Assembly: GCA_009840065.1 (NCBI GenBank)
Contig: VXON01000132.1
Span: 747-24,746 of the forward strand
Length of the DNA: 24,000 nucleotides
Direction: 5' to 3'
DNA from: Cenarchaeum sp. SB0662_bin_33
GTDB lineage: Archaea; Thermoproteota; Nitrososphaeria; Nitrososphaerales; Nitrosopumilaceae
Made by a program: the position numbers and the translations under genes. The notes under the pieces were generated by a model that worked only from the letters and a program-made list of their open reading frames with translations, ran no database searches and had not been told where the DNA came from. This document shows positions 17,149-24,000 of this stretch, one piece after another (the stretch's first letter is position 1; the number at the start of each line of letters is the position of its first letter).

Positions 17149-17997
17149 ATGGTGGGCACACGCATGGGCGGCTTGGTTGTGGCCGAAGAGGTAAAAAAAG
17201 AGGTAATATTGGAAGTTGACGCTCTAAGGGCAAGAGGGACAACACCATGTCTGGCCACAGTCTTGGTGGGGGATGATCCCGCCTCCGCGGTGTATGTGCG
17301 CAACAAGCACAAGGCCTGTGCCCAATGCGGCATACAGACCAAAGACTACCAGATTCCCACAGATACGGCACAGGGGCAGCTTGAGGGCATAATAGAGGAT
17401 ATAAACAATAATGATAAAATACATGGAGTATTGGTACAGATGCCACTGCCGGAACATATGGATACCAATAATATAATATCAAAAATATCACCCAAAAAAG
17501 ATGTGGATGGTCTAACACCATATAATGCAGGGTTGCTGGTTGCGGGTCGCGCCAGACTAGTTGCATGTACTCCCATTGGAATAATTCGCATGTTGAATTA
17601 TTACAATATAGATATTGAGGGAAGACATGCTGTTATTATAAATCGGAGCGTTCTGGTGGGCAAACCACTGTATCATCTATTACTACAAAATAATGCCACC
17701 GTAACCACATGTCACTCTAGAACAAAAGATATTAAAAAAATCTGTAGTATGGCAGATATTATAATAACCGGCGCGGGCAATCCAGACAGGTTCGTTCTGA
17801 CCAGAGACATGATAAAGGATGATGCCGTTGTTATAGATGTGGCCATCAACCGCATAAACGGTAAACTGACGGGTGATGCAGATTATGACGACATAATACA
17901 GAAGGCATCCTTTGTAACGCCGGTTCCCGGTGGTGTCGGTCCAATGACAGTGGCCATGCTGTTAAGGAATACACTAATGGCGGCAAAATATGCGTGA
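17149..17997 (+). CDS. folD: bifunctional methylenetetrahydrofolate dehydrogenase / methenyl-THF cyclohydrolase
   Basis: PCLATVLVGDDPASAVYVRNKHKAC, GVLVQMPLP, and the C-terminal TPVPGGVGPMTVAML are all FolD hallmarks. The start is set at ATG 17149 (alternative 17164), because the ORF-track N-terminus from 17074 is not family-like. Confidence 0.9.
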   Translation: MVGTRMGGLVVAEEVKKEVILEVDALRARGTTPCLATVLVGDDPASAVYVRNKHKACAQCGIQTKDYQIPTDTAQGQLEGIIEDINNNDKIHGVLVQMPLPEHMDTNNIISKISPKKDVDGLTPYNAGLLVAGRARLVACTPIGIIRMLNYYNIDIEGRHAVIINRSVLVGKPLYHLLLQNNATVTTCHSRTKDIKKICSMADIIITGAGNPDRFVLTRDMIKDDAVVIDVAINRINGKLTGDADYDDIIQKASFVTPVPGGVGPMTVAMLLRNTLMAAKYA

Positions 17998-18541
17998 TTC
18001 TGATAGGGAGTCTCTGCGTCGCATACTGCTCGATAGGCGCGATGCAACTTCGCATGAGATGTTAAATATTGTTAGTGAGAATATACGAGACCGACTGCGG
18101 AATAGTTCTATCTTTGATGATATCAACAGTGTGGGCATATACAGCGCCATAGGAAGTGAGATAACAACAGGTGGCATAATTCAAGGCCTTCTCGACTCGG
18201 GGCGCAGTGTGTATCTGCCGGCAGTACGAGACAGTTTAATTTTATTTAAAAATGTGCAAGATACTCAAGACCTGATACCGGGTATGTTTGGCATTATGGA
18301 GCCTCGGGAGACCTGCGCAATAGGTTATCCGGATATTCTGGTGGTTCCCGCAGTGGGTGCGACACTCTCGGGCATAAGACTTGGATATGGTTCCGGATAT
18401 TATGACAGGTATGTTAAAAAGAATATGCCAGCCACGGTGTGCATTATAATGGACAAGCAGATTGTAAAAAAGATACCATCAAATCCCACAGATGCCCTCA
18501 TGGATTGGATAGTGACGGAGAGTCGGCTGCATCGGGTTTAG
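17990..18541 (+). CDS. 5-formyltetrahydrofolate cyclo-ligase
   Basis: 183 aa with ...IYSAIGSEITT..., ...YLPAV..., and VVPAVGATLSGIRLGYGSGYYDRY (the MTHFS family C-terminal motif). It overlaps the folD stop by 8 nt (ATGCGTGA). Confidence 0.85.
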   Translation: MRDSDRESLRRILLDRRDATSHEMLNIVSENIRDRLRNSSIFDDINSVGIYSAIGSEITTGGIIQGLLDSGRSVYLPAVRDSLILFKNVQDTQDLIPGMFGIMEPRETCAIGYPDILVVPAVGATLSGIRLGYGSGYYDRYVKKNMPATVCIIMDKQIVKKIPSNPTDALMDWIVTESRLHRV

Positions 18542-18562
18542 TGATATATTGTATACTATTGG

Positions 18563-19351
18563 TCATGTAGCTTTTATCAGCTGGTTGTACATATCCCAAG
18601 CGGCATCCGCATCATTATTCCGGTGTATTATACTCTGGACGGCTCGAATCATAGGTACGGGATTGTCTGACTGCCATATGTTTCGACCCATATCTACGCC
18701 TACGGCACCGGCCTGAACGGCATTATACGTAAGGTCGATGGCCCCCCTCTCGGATGTCTTTTTGCCTCCAGCTATTATTACGGGTACCGGACAAGAGTCT
18801 ACAACCTCCTCAAAGCCCTCGCAATAGTATGTCTTTACTATGTGGGCTCCCTGCTCGGCAGCCAGCCTGCATGCCAATGAGAGGTATCTAGAATCCCTAC
18901 TCATCTCTTTGCCCACGGCAGTAACTGCCAGTACCGGCATGCCATACTCTATGGATGTGTTGACCAGCCTTCCTAGGTTTACTATGGTCTGATATTCGTA
19001 CTTTGAGCCCACAAATATGGACATCGCCATGGCAGATACGTTTAGACGCAAGGCATCTTTGATATCCACAGTAATGTCTTCCCGGGACAGGTCCTCGCCC
19101 ACTATGCTCGAGCCACCGGATACGCGAAGAACCATAGGCGTGTCCGTGGCAGGTGGAACTGATGTTCTCAGTATGCCCCTAGTCAACATCAGGGAATCAC
19201 AGTATTCCAGTAGTGGTCCGATTGTCTTTTGGGCATTCTCAAGCCGTGCAGTGGGACCCAAAAAGTATCCATGATCTACGGCCAGCATAAGGGCACGGTT
19301 TTGAGGCTGTCGTATTATACGTGAAAGTCTGTTCTGTAGTCCCCAGTCCAT
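18563..19351 (-). CDS. class I aldolase of the DhnA/FbaB/LsrF family (fructose-bisphosphate aldolase or ADH synthase AroA'-type)
   Basis: 262 aa. LMLAVDHGYFLGP near the N-terminus and the Schiff-base lysine context HIVKTYY match the archaeal class IA aldolase / 2-amino-3,7-dideoxy-D-threo-hept-6-ulosonate synthase family. The two activities cannot be told apart by eye. Confidence 0.8.
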   Translation of the reverse strand: MDWGLQNRLSRIIRQPQNRALMLAVDHGYFLGPTARLENAQKTIGPLLEYCDSLMLTRGILRTSVPPATDTPMVLRVSGGSSIVGEDLSREDITVDIKDALRLNVSAMAMSIFVGSKYEYQTIVNLGRLVNTSIEYGMPVLAVTAVGKEMSRDSRYLSLACRLAAEQGAHIVKTYYCEGFEEVVDSCPVPVIIAGGKKTSERGAIDLTYNAVQAGAVGVDMGRNIWQSDNPVPMIRAVQSIIHRNNDADAAWDMYNQLIKAT

Positions 19352-19458
19352 ATTTTAGGCATCTAGGTTACTTTTCTTAAATCTTGTGATGTGGTGGTAT
19401 CTAGTTGCATTCTAGCATTAAATCCCAGAGCATCTGTTTTATGGCACGAGTTGGCTAA

Positions 19459-20496
19459 CTACTTTTTAAAATCAGAACCATTTATTATTACTTTTACGGA
19501 GCCAAGGCCACTCCGCGCCCGCTCAAATGCCTCGGGTGAATCAACAATGTCATACCGGTGAGTTATAAGATGCTCCACGCCAAGGCCATCCGATATGAGA
19601 CGAAGCGCCTCTCTTGTGTCATCATCTGAGGCCGCGTAACTACAGTATATCTTTAGTTCACGCGAGTACACATAGTCCATGTTTAATTTTATGGTGGCAT
19701 CCTTTGAGGGAACTCCAAAGAGCATTACTGTGCCTCCGTACCGCACAGAACATATGGCCGACTGTAGGGCCGCCATATTTCCAGTGGATACGATGGCAAG
19801 ATCAACCCCCCTTTGATCTGTATGATTTAGTATTTCGGATGCCGTACTCTCCTGCGCAAGAAGTATCTCTGTCCCTAGCAGACTTTTGACAAAGTCCAAG
19901 CGGAATTTATTCACATCTATACAATATATCTTTGAAAACCCCTTGCGCAGGGCAAGCATGGCGTGCAGCATACCAGCAGAGCCCACTCCGAATATTGCCA
20001 CTGTATCGTTGGATGCAGTGCTATATCCAGACCACGCTCGAATACAGCAGGCCAGAGGTTCAATCATGGCGGCCTGCTCAAATGACATTGTGTCAGGAAT
20101 CTTCAAAACGCCCCCCCGGCCAACATTCCAGGCGGGTACCAGATATTCATCTGCCAGCCCGCATGGTAGCAGATTTGACTTGGAGTAGTATTGGCATCGT
20201 GTATGGCTGCCGCGTCTGCATAGATAACACCCATAACATGGAACATGATGGTGAGTAAAGACCCTGTCTCCCACTGCAAACTCATCTACCCCATCACCTA
20301 CCGATACCACCACGCCTGCAGTCTCATGTCCCAATCTTGTCGACGGCTGGCTGTACTGCCCATATATCTTTTCTAGATCTGAACCGCATATGCCACACGC
20401 GGCCATGCGTACAACTATATCTCCGGGTTCGGGTTTTGGGGATGGGATATCTACAACCTGCACATTATTGGAGTCGCCGGTAACTGTATATCTCAT
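19459..20496 (-). CDS. zinc-dependent dehydrogenase, MDR superfamily (threonine/sorbitol dehydrogenase-like)
   Basis: Motifs ACGICGSDLEK, GHETAGVVVSVG, a structural-zinc Cys cluster (CYGCYLCRRGSHTRC) and the NAD-binding FGVGSAG. Confidence 0.8.
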   Translation of the reverse strand: MRYTVTGDSNNVQVVDIPSPKPEPGDIVVRMAACGICGSDLEKIYGQYSQPSTRLGHETAGVVVSVGDGVDEFAVGDRVFTHHHVPCYGCYLCRRGSHTRCQYYSKSNLLPCGLADEYLVPAWNVGRGGVLKIPDTMSFEQAAMIEPLACCIRAWSGYSTASNDTVAIFGVGSAGMLHAMLALRKGFSKIYCIDVNKFRLDFVKSLLGTEILLAQESTASEILNHTDQRGVDLAIVSTGNMAALQSAICSVRYGGTVMLFGVPSKDATIKLNMDYVYSRELKIYCSYAASDDDTREALRLISDGLGVEHLITHRYDIVDSPEAFERARSGLGSVKVIINGSDFKK

Positions 20497-20498
20497 AT

Positions 20499-20792
20499 TC
20501 AGACGCCTAGGATTTTTTTGAGCATTACTCTATAGTCCACATCAACCTTCTCACTTCCGGCTGCCGGAAGTGCAAAGACCAATGCAGATGACTCGGCACG
20601 CAGACGGGTTAAATCATCATTTATTGACTGGGTCACATCATCACTTACCAAGACAAGACCGACCTCGGGATCATCGGTCAGCGACTTTATCTCTTCAAGT
20701 GCGCCGTGGGGATCCTCGCTTATCTTTCCAGGTACGCCTGCCAGCTGAAAGCTTGTTACAAACGACTTACTACCCACGGTGAATATCTTCAC
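20499..20792 (-). CDS. atpF: A-type (A1Ao) ATP synthase subunit F
   Basis: 97 aa. MKIFTVGSKSFVTSFQLAGV..., ...VGLVLVSDDV... and ...LPAAGS... follow the ATP-synt_F (V/A-ATPase subunit F) pattern. Confidence 0.8.
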   Translation of the reverse strand: MKIFTVGSKSFVTSFQLAGVPGKISEDPHGALEEIKSLTDDPEVGLVLVSDDVTQSINDDLTRLRAESSALVFALPAAGSEKVDVDYRVMLKKILGV

Positions 20793-20880
20793 GTTATACA
20801 GGTCTTTTATGTACTAATTTAACCCTTCTGACCATGATGCATTGGAAAGGTTGATTTATGCTTTCACATGATGATACTAC

Positions 20881-21174
20881 ATGGATATTGATACTAGCAG
20901 GGCAGTATATCTCTTCACGCACGGCAGGTTTGATCTACGCGAGAAGGCAGTGACTGCCTTAAAGTCCAGCGGCATCACCACTGAAAAAATAATTGATGCA
21001 TCCCCAAACAAGACAGGAGATGTTGGCGACTATATGGCAATGTTGTGGATGCCCCCCAACCCTGATCACATAAAGATGCAGTGCATAACCTCCATAAAAC
21101 CCGTGGAACCTGAAGGCATGATTGGTCTATGGAAGGGTGTAGAGAAGGAGGATATTGGAACAATTTCGCTATAA
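20881..21174 (+). CDS. hypothetical protein (97 aa)
   Basis: ATG-initiated ORF followed by a T-rich tract. No motif recognised. Confidence 0.4.
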   Translation: MDIDTSRAVYLFTHGRFDLREKAVTALKSSGITTEKIIDASPNKTGDVGDYMAMLWMPPNPDHIKMQCITSIKPVEPEGMIGLWKGVEKEDIGTISL

Positions 21175-21316
21175 AGTAGACTTTTTTTATGTTTTATTAT
21201 TCATGTTATAGATGAGTCAGCCGATCCTCATACAGGCAATATTTTATTTCCCTTTTATTTTATATTTAAATGATAATCTCTATTAATACGGAAATAAAAA
21301 ACAAATAATCTTGAAA

Positions 21317-21598
21317 TTATTCTGCAATGACTTTGTACATTGTGGGTGCGCCAACCTCGCGGAATTGTTCTCCTTGTATATGCACTGCCTGGTGTTCCGG
21401 ACTTTGGCGCATTTTTATAAAATGTTCTGGAGTCTGAAACTCGACAATAATACGGTGATTTTTGTCTACAGATTCAAGTAGTCTTCGGGATACAAATCCA
21501 TCAAACTTTGATACCACCTTGTTTGATTCAGTAACCCAGTCCTTGAAGTCATCAAGCATCCCTGGCTTTATCTTTACATCCATCATGATTACTACCAT
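21317..21598 (-). CDS. ABM-domain (antibiotic biosynthesis monooxygenase-like, ferredoxin-fold) protein
   Basis: About 90 aa. VKIKPGMLDDFKDWV...GFVSRRLLES...RIIVEFQTPEHFIKMRQSPEHQAV matches the ABM/Dabb fold pattern. The true start may be one of the internal Met codons (MMDVK). Confidence 0.6.
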   Translation of the reverse strand: MVVIMMDVKIKPGMLDDFKDWVTESNKVVSKFDGFVSRRLLESVDKNHRIIVEFQTPEHFIKMRQSPEHQAVHIQGEQFREVGAPTMYKVIAE

Positions 21599-21751
21599 AA
21601 AATATCCTTTTTTTCTACTAAATAATTATCTTTGTAAATTATGTAGTGTCATTTTTCTACAACTCTGATTTATAAAAATAAAATTGATGCGTCATGTAGT
21701 TCTTGATTTATAACCAAGTCGTAAAGTGAAAGTACATTGGATACTGTAAAG

Positions 21752-22690
21752 ATGACCTCTAGGGGTGTGCTGTGTACATCCGGCGACGCTACCATTCTAT
21801 TTGATCCAAAGACCGCTTCAAGTGGTATAAACTTTGTATCTCATGCACATATTGACCATCTTCCCTCCTCTAGCGGCGGAACCATCTTGGCATCAAGATA
21901 TACCGCAGAGCTAGCCTCACACAGGGGCAGGGACCTGGGATGCTGCACCGAAGATATGCAAGACTGTACTCTGTATGATACCGGCCACATATTTGGCTCG
22001 CGAGGTGTGTTATTTGGAGATACGTTTTATACGGGAGATATTTGCACTCGGGATCGAGGATTTTTACAGGGGGCGCGCATACCAAAATGTAAGACACTAA
22101 TCACCGAATGCACATTCGGGCTTCCCGAATTTGTCTTTCCGTCTGTGCGCCAGGTATGTTTACAAGTAGATGAGATTATATCCTCCATGTACTCTAGGGG
22201 CGTGCCTGTGGTTTTAATGGGATATGAACTGGGAAAAGCGCAGACATTGTCCCATCTGTTTGCCCACTGGGAGCCCCTATACTACCACGATTCGATCAAG
22301 GCTATCAACGAGATGCATCGGCGATGGAATGTACCGCTAAAACCCGCCTTGGGACACACCGAGGCCGAAAGGCAGGGACTCTTAAACAAAAAGCCTTGGG
22401 TCATGATTGCACCTAAAATGAGCGCAAAGTCGCCATTTGTTCTAAAAATGAAAAAATATGGTGCCGTAACCATATCGTTTAGTGGTTGGGCGAAATCGGG
22501 TAGATTCCCATACTCAAATGGCGCCGATTACTCGATACAGCTTAGCGATCATTGTGATTTTAATGAGTTGATAAAGATGGTAGAGGTATCAGGTGCAGAG
22601 AATATTTACACAATACATGGATTTGTATCTGAATTTTCAGATTACCTGAAAAAATGCGGGTTCAATGCTATGCCGCTTATGACATCTTGA
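21752..22690 (+). CDS. metallo-beta-lactamase fold, beta-CASP-type nuclease (short form)
   Basis: HxHxDH motif (SHAHIDH) near the N-terminus and C-terminal LSDHCDFNELIKMVEVSGAENIYTIHG, resembling beta-CASP motifs B/C (S-x-H-A-D ... V-H-G). ATG at 21752 is preferred over TTG at 21737. Confidence 0.7.
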   Translation: MTSRGVLCTSGDATILFDPKTASSGINFVSHAHIDHLPSSSGGTILASRYTAELASHRGRDLGCCTEDMQDCTLYDTGHIFGSRGVLFGDTFYTGDICTRDRGFLQGARIPKCKTLITECTFGLPEFVFPSVRQVCLQVDEIISSMYSRGVPVVLMGYELGKAQTLSHLFAHWEPLYYHDSIKAINEMHRRWNVPLKPALGHTEAERQGLLNKKPWVMIAPKMSAKSPFVLKMKKYGAVTISFSGWAKSGRFPYSNGADYSIQLSDHCDFNELIKMVEVSGAENIYTIHGFVSEFSDYLKKCGFNAMPLMTS

Positions 22691-22913
22691 CAAAGGCAGT
22701 ACACTGGCAGTCTAGATACAGGCATGTCTTTGTATTTGCGATATGATCATAATTCATGTGACCACATGTGTCGCACCGACGCTTGTTGATCTCGCGTGTT
22801 ACCACCTTTTGTGCAATGCGATTTGCTTCATCAGGGGAATATCCCTTTTTATCAACGTAAAAATGAACAATATTGTTGTAGAGTCTTTCCTTGTTAAACT
22901 CGCGCTCAATCAT
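22677..22913 (-). CDS. small Cys/His-rich protein (78 aa), putative zinc-binding
   Basis: C-terminal CDTCGH...H......C....CQC arrangement. The start codon shares one nucleotide with the stop of the upstream RAM-domain ORF (TAATG), implying translational coupling. Confidence 0.5.
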   Translation of the reverse strand: MIEREFNKERLYNNIVHFYVDKKGYSPDEANRIAQKVVTREINKRRCDTCGHMNYDHIANTKTCLYLDCQCTAFVKMS

Positions 22914-23173
22914 TACTTGCCGCCTTGTGACAATATTGTCCTAAGAGTGGTTGTAGAATGAATGTGGGGCGTACGGCGTACCTGCTCTACAATATTTTCG
23001 GTTTCTGTAGGTGTGGCCACAACCCTGCAAAATATATCAAATGTTCCATATGTACCTCTCACCTCTGCCACACCAGGCATCTTTGCTATGGCCTCAATAA
23101 TGTCCATCTCAGAACCCATATCACACTGCATAAGAATGTAGGTTGGTTCTTTTTCCATAATATAATAATGCAT
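22913..23173 (-). CDS. stand-alone Lrp/AsnC-type ligand-binding (RAM) domain protein, no HTH
   Basis: About 80 aa. TYILMQCDMGSEMDIIEAIAKMPGVAEVRGTYGTFDIFCRVVA...IVEQV...IHSTTT follows the AsnC_trans_reg/RAM beta-alpha-beta-beta-alpha-beta pattern. The likely true start is the internal Met (MEKEP, about 23158). Confidence 0.7.
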   Translation of the reverse strand: MHYYIMEKEPTYILMQCDMGSEMDIIEAIAKMPGVAEVRGTYGTFDIFCRVVATPTETENIVEQVRRTPHIHSTTTLRTILSQGGK

Positions 23174-23242
23174 TTTTTGTATTTTAACTTGATGGTATGA
23201 ATCAGGCTTTTTGCACGGTATGATCAGCTAAAGTTAAACGTG

Positions 23243-23458
23243 CTAGTCAGGTTAATGACATTCATCTGTAAAATACAATTTTTGTTTGGAGAGATAGTCA
23301 CAACCTGACCTAGTATACACTCTCCAATATCGTGTGGCATATGAGTAGACGTAGTGCGGATGCGCGTCATTCACTACATCCACCGGAGGGCGCACAGACC
23401 GGGGTGGGTAGCGCAGGCCGGAGCGATCCTGGACCTGCAAATGTAACAAAGGTTACAT
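23243..23458 (-). ncRNA. candidate structured RNA or 5' leader (unclassified), GC-rich island with at least 6 helices
   Basis: Helices read from the sequence: 23441-47/23452-58 (7 bp, 4-nt loop); 23413-19/23432-38 (7 bp); 23380-86/23399-407 (7 bp with a 2-nt bulge); 23351-56/23372-77 (6 bp); 23286-93/23320-27 (8 bp); and long-range 23243-53/23302-13 (11 bp, 1-nt bulge). One position (23418/23433) is C.A on the plus strand but G.U on the minus strand, weakly favouring a minus-strand transcript. It lies about 70 nt upstream of the RAM-domain ORF. Confidence 0.35.
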
Positions 23459-23673
23459 GAAAGTGTTTTATCTTTTGAAGTTGATCGTCCGTAAAAACGA
23501 TGACGTGTGTGCTAAATGAAAAATTGATGGTTTTTATTAATAATGGTGGGTGTTTTAAGCGATTTTTTGGTATTGAATATCAATCATTGGATATTCAAAA
23601 GGCAAAATACCTTTATAAAATCTACAATAAAAACCGGTTAAAATCATTATAATGTGTTGTCATAGGTATAATT

Positions 23674-24000
23674 TTATTCCAGTGATTCTAGGGCATTAAC
23701 AATACTTTGAAACTGATCCTTGTTCTTTTTTAATAAGATTTTTGGATAGTCCCCGATATTGCATACGGCTTGGTAGATAAACTGTGGCGGTATGGGCCCG
23801 CCGGAGGACACCCTCTGTTCTAAAACATATTCGTCTATAATGGTGCATATGACCTCTTCGTAACATCCATCACTCTCCTCCAATGATTTACGATATATTT
23901 CAACGGGCCGGTTTGTTCTTTTATACACACTTACTCCCTTATTTAGCAAGCCGGATATGTGAACGATCTGCCAGCTGTCCAGATTTAGTTGTCGGTCCAT
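23674..24000 (-). CDS. hypothetical protein (at least 108 aa; an ATG sits exactly at the window edge, and the frame may continue upstream)
   Basis: Open frame to the last base of the window. No motif recognised. Confidence 0.45.
   Translation of the reverse strand: MDRQLNLDSWQIVHISGLLNKGVSVYKRTNRPVEIYRKSLEESDGCYEEVICTIIDEYVLEQRVSSGGPIPPQFIYQAVCNIGDYPKILLKKNKDQFQSIVNALESLE

Noticed and set aside
23402-23426. tRNA-like 5' segment on the plus strand: a 7-nt acceptor-like run, UA, then a GCGC/AGGCCGGA/GCGA D-arm with A14, G18G19 and A21 in place
   Set aside because: No anticodon arm with U33, no T-arm (GTTCRAAT-like) and no complementary 3' acceptor strand follow. At best it is a tRNA fragment or att-site remnant, and it may be chance.
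23252-23449. 65-aa minus-strand ORF in the GC-rich island
   Set aside because: It has a TTG start and an R/Y/P-rich product that does not look protein-like. It coincides exactly with the densely base-paired region, so I treat it as a candidate RNA instead.
23243-23458. Possibility that the structured region is RNase P RNA, SRP RNA, 5S rRNA or a TPP/cobalamin riboswitch
   Set aside because: I could not find the diagnostic strings on either strand: GAGGAAAGUCC-type CR-I, the GGAA-tetraloop/AGCA SRP helix 8, the 5S loop C/E motifs, the CUGAGA TPP motif or a B12 box. The length also fits none of them well. A covariance-model scan is still needed.
1-24000. CRISPR arrays, rRNA genes, complete tRNA genes, inteins or programmed frameshifts
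   Set aside because: I saw no regularly spaced direct repeats, no T-loop/acceptor-stem combination and no interrupted housekeeping ORFs on inspection of either strand.

Overview
This is a gene-dense archaeal chromosomal segment made up mostly of housekeeping genes. The gene content points to an ammonia-oxidising thaumarchaeon (Nitrososphaeria-like). That assignment is an inference from aSUI1, ribosomal protein S8e, A-type ATPase subunit F, archaeal-length IleRS, the F420 genes cofD/cofC, a methylmalonyl-CoA mutase B12 subunit and AT-rich leaderless-type promoters; it is not a database match. Recognisable genes in order: a partial IS6/IS240-like DDE transposase at the left edge, cofD-cofC, a CPBP membrane protease, aSUI1, ileS, ahcY, ilvC, the MCM B12-binding subunit, nadA, nadX, rps8e, scpB, a Zn-alcohol dehydrogenase, a B12-domain/radical SAM enzyme, folD plus 5-formyl-THF cyclo-ligase, a DhnA-family class I aldolase, a second MDR dehydrogenase and atpF. 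The right end (about 20.8-24 kb) is visibly more AT-rich and looks accessory. It carries small hypothetical proteins, an ABM-domain protein, a short beta-CASP/MBL nuclease and a translationally coupled pair (stand-alone RAM domain plus small Cys/His protein). I see no rRNA, complete tRNA or CRISPR array, and no recognisable multi-gene defence or secondary-metabolite system. The signals most worth following up are non-coding: (1) a GC-rich island of about 215 nt with many nested helices just upstream of the RAM/Cys-His pair (23243-23458), a candidate novel structured RNA or leader; (2) an 18-bp perfect inverted repeat enclosing a 117-nt hairpin-rich core between sui1 and a hypothetical gene (3547-3699); (3) an 866-bp AT-rich spacer splitting nadX from nadA, with three copies of a 27-38-nt repeat (two direct, one inverted, MITE-like) and a duplicated 13-nt motif beside TATA-like boxes. 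All functional calls rest on motif and family recognition by eye and need homology or covariance searches to confirm.
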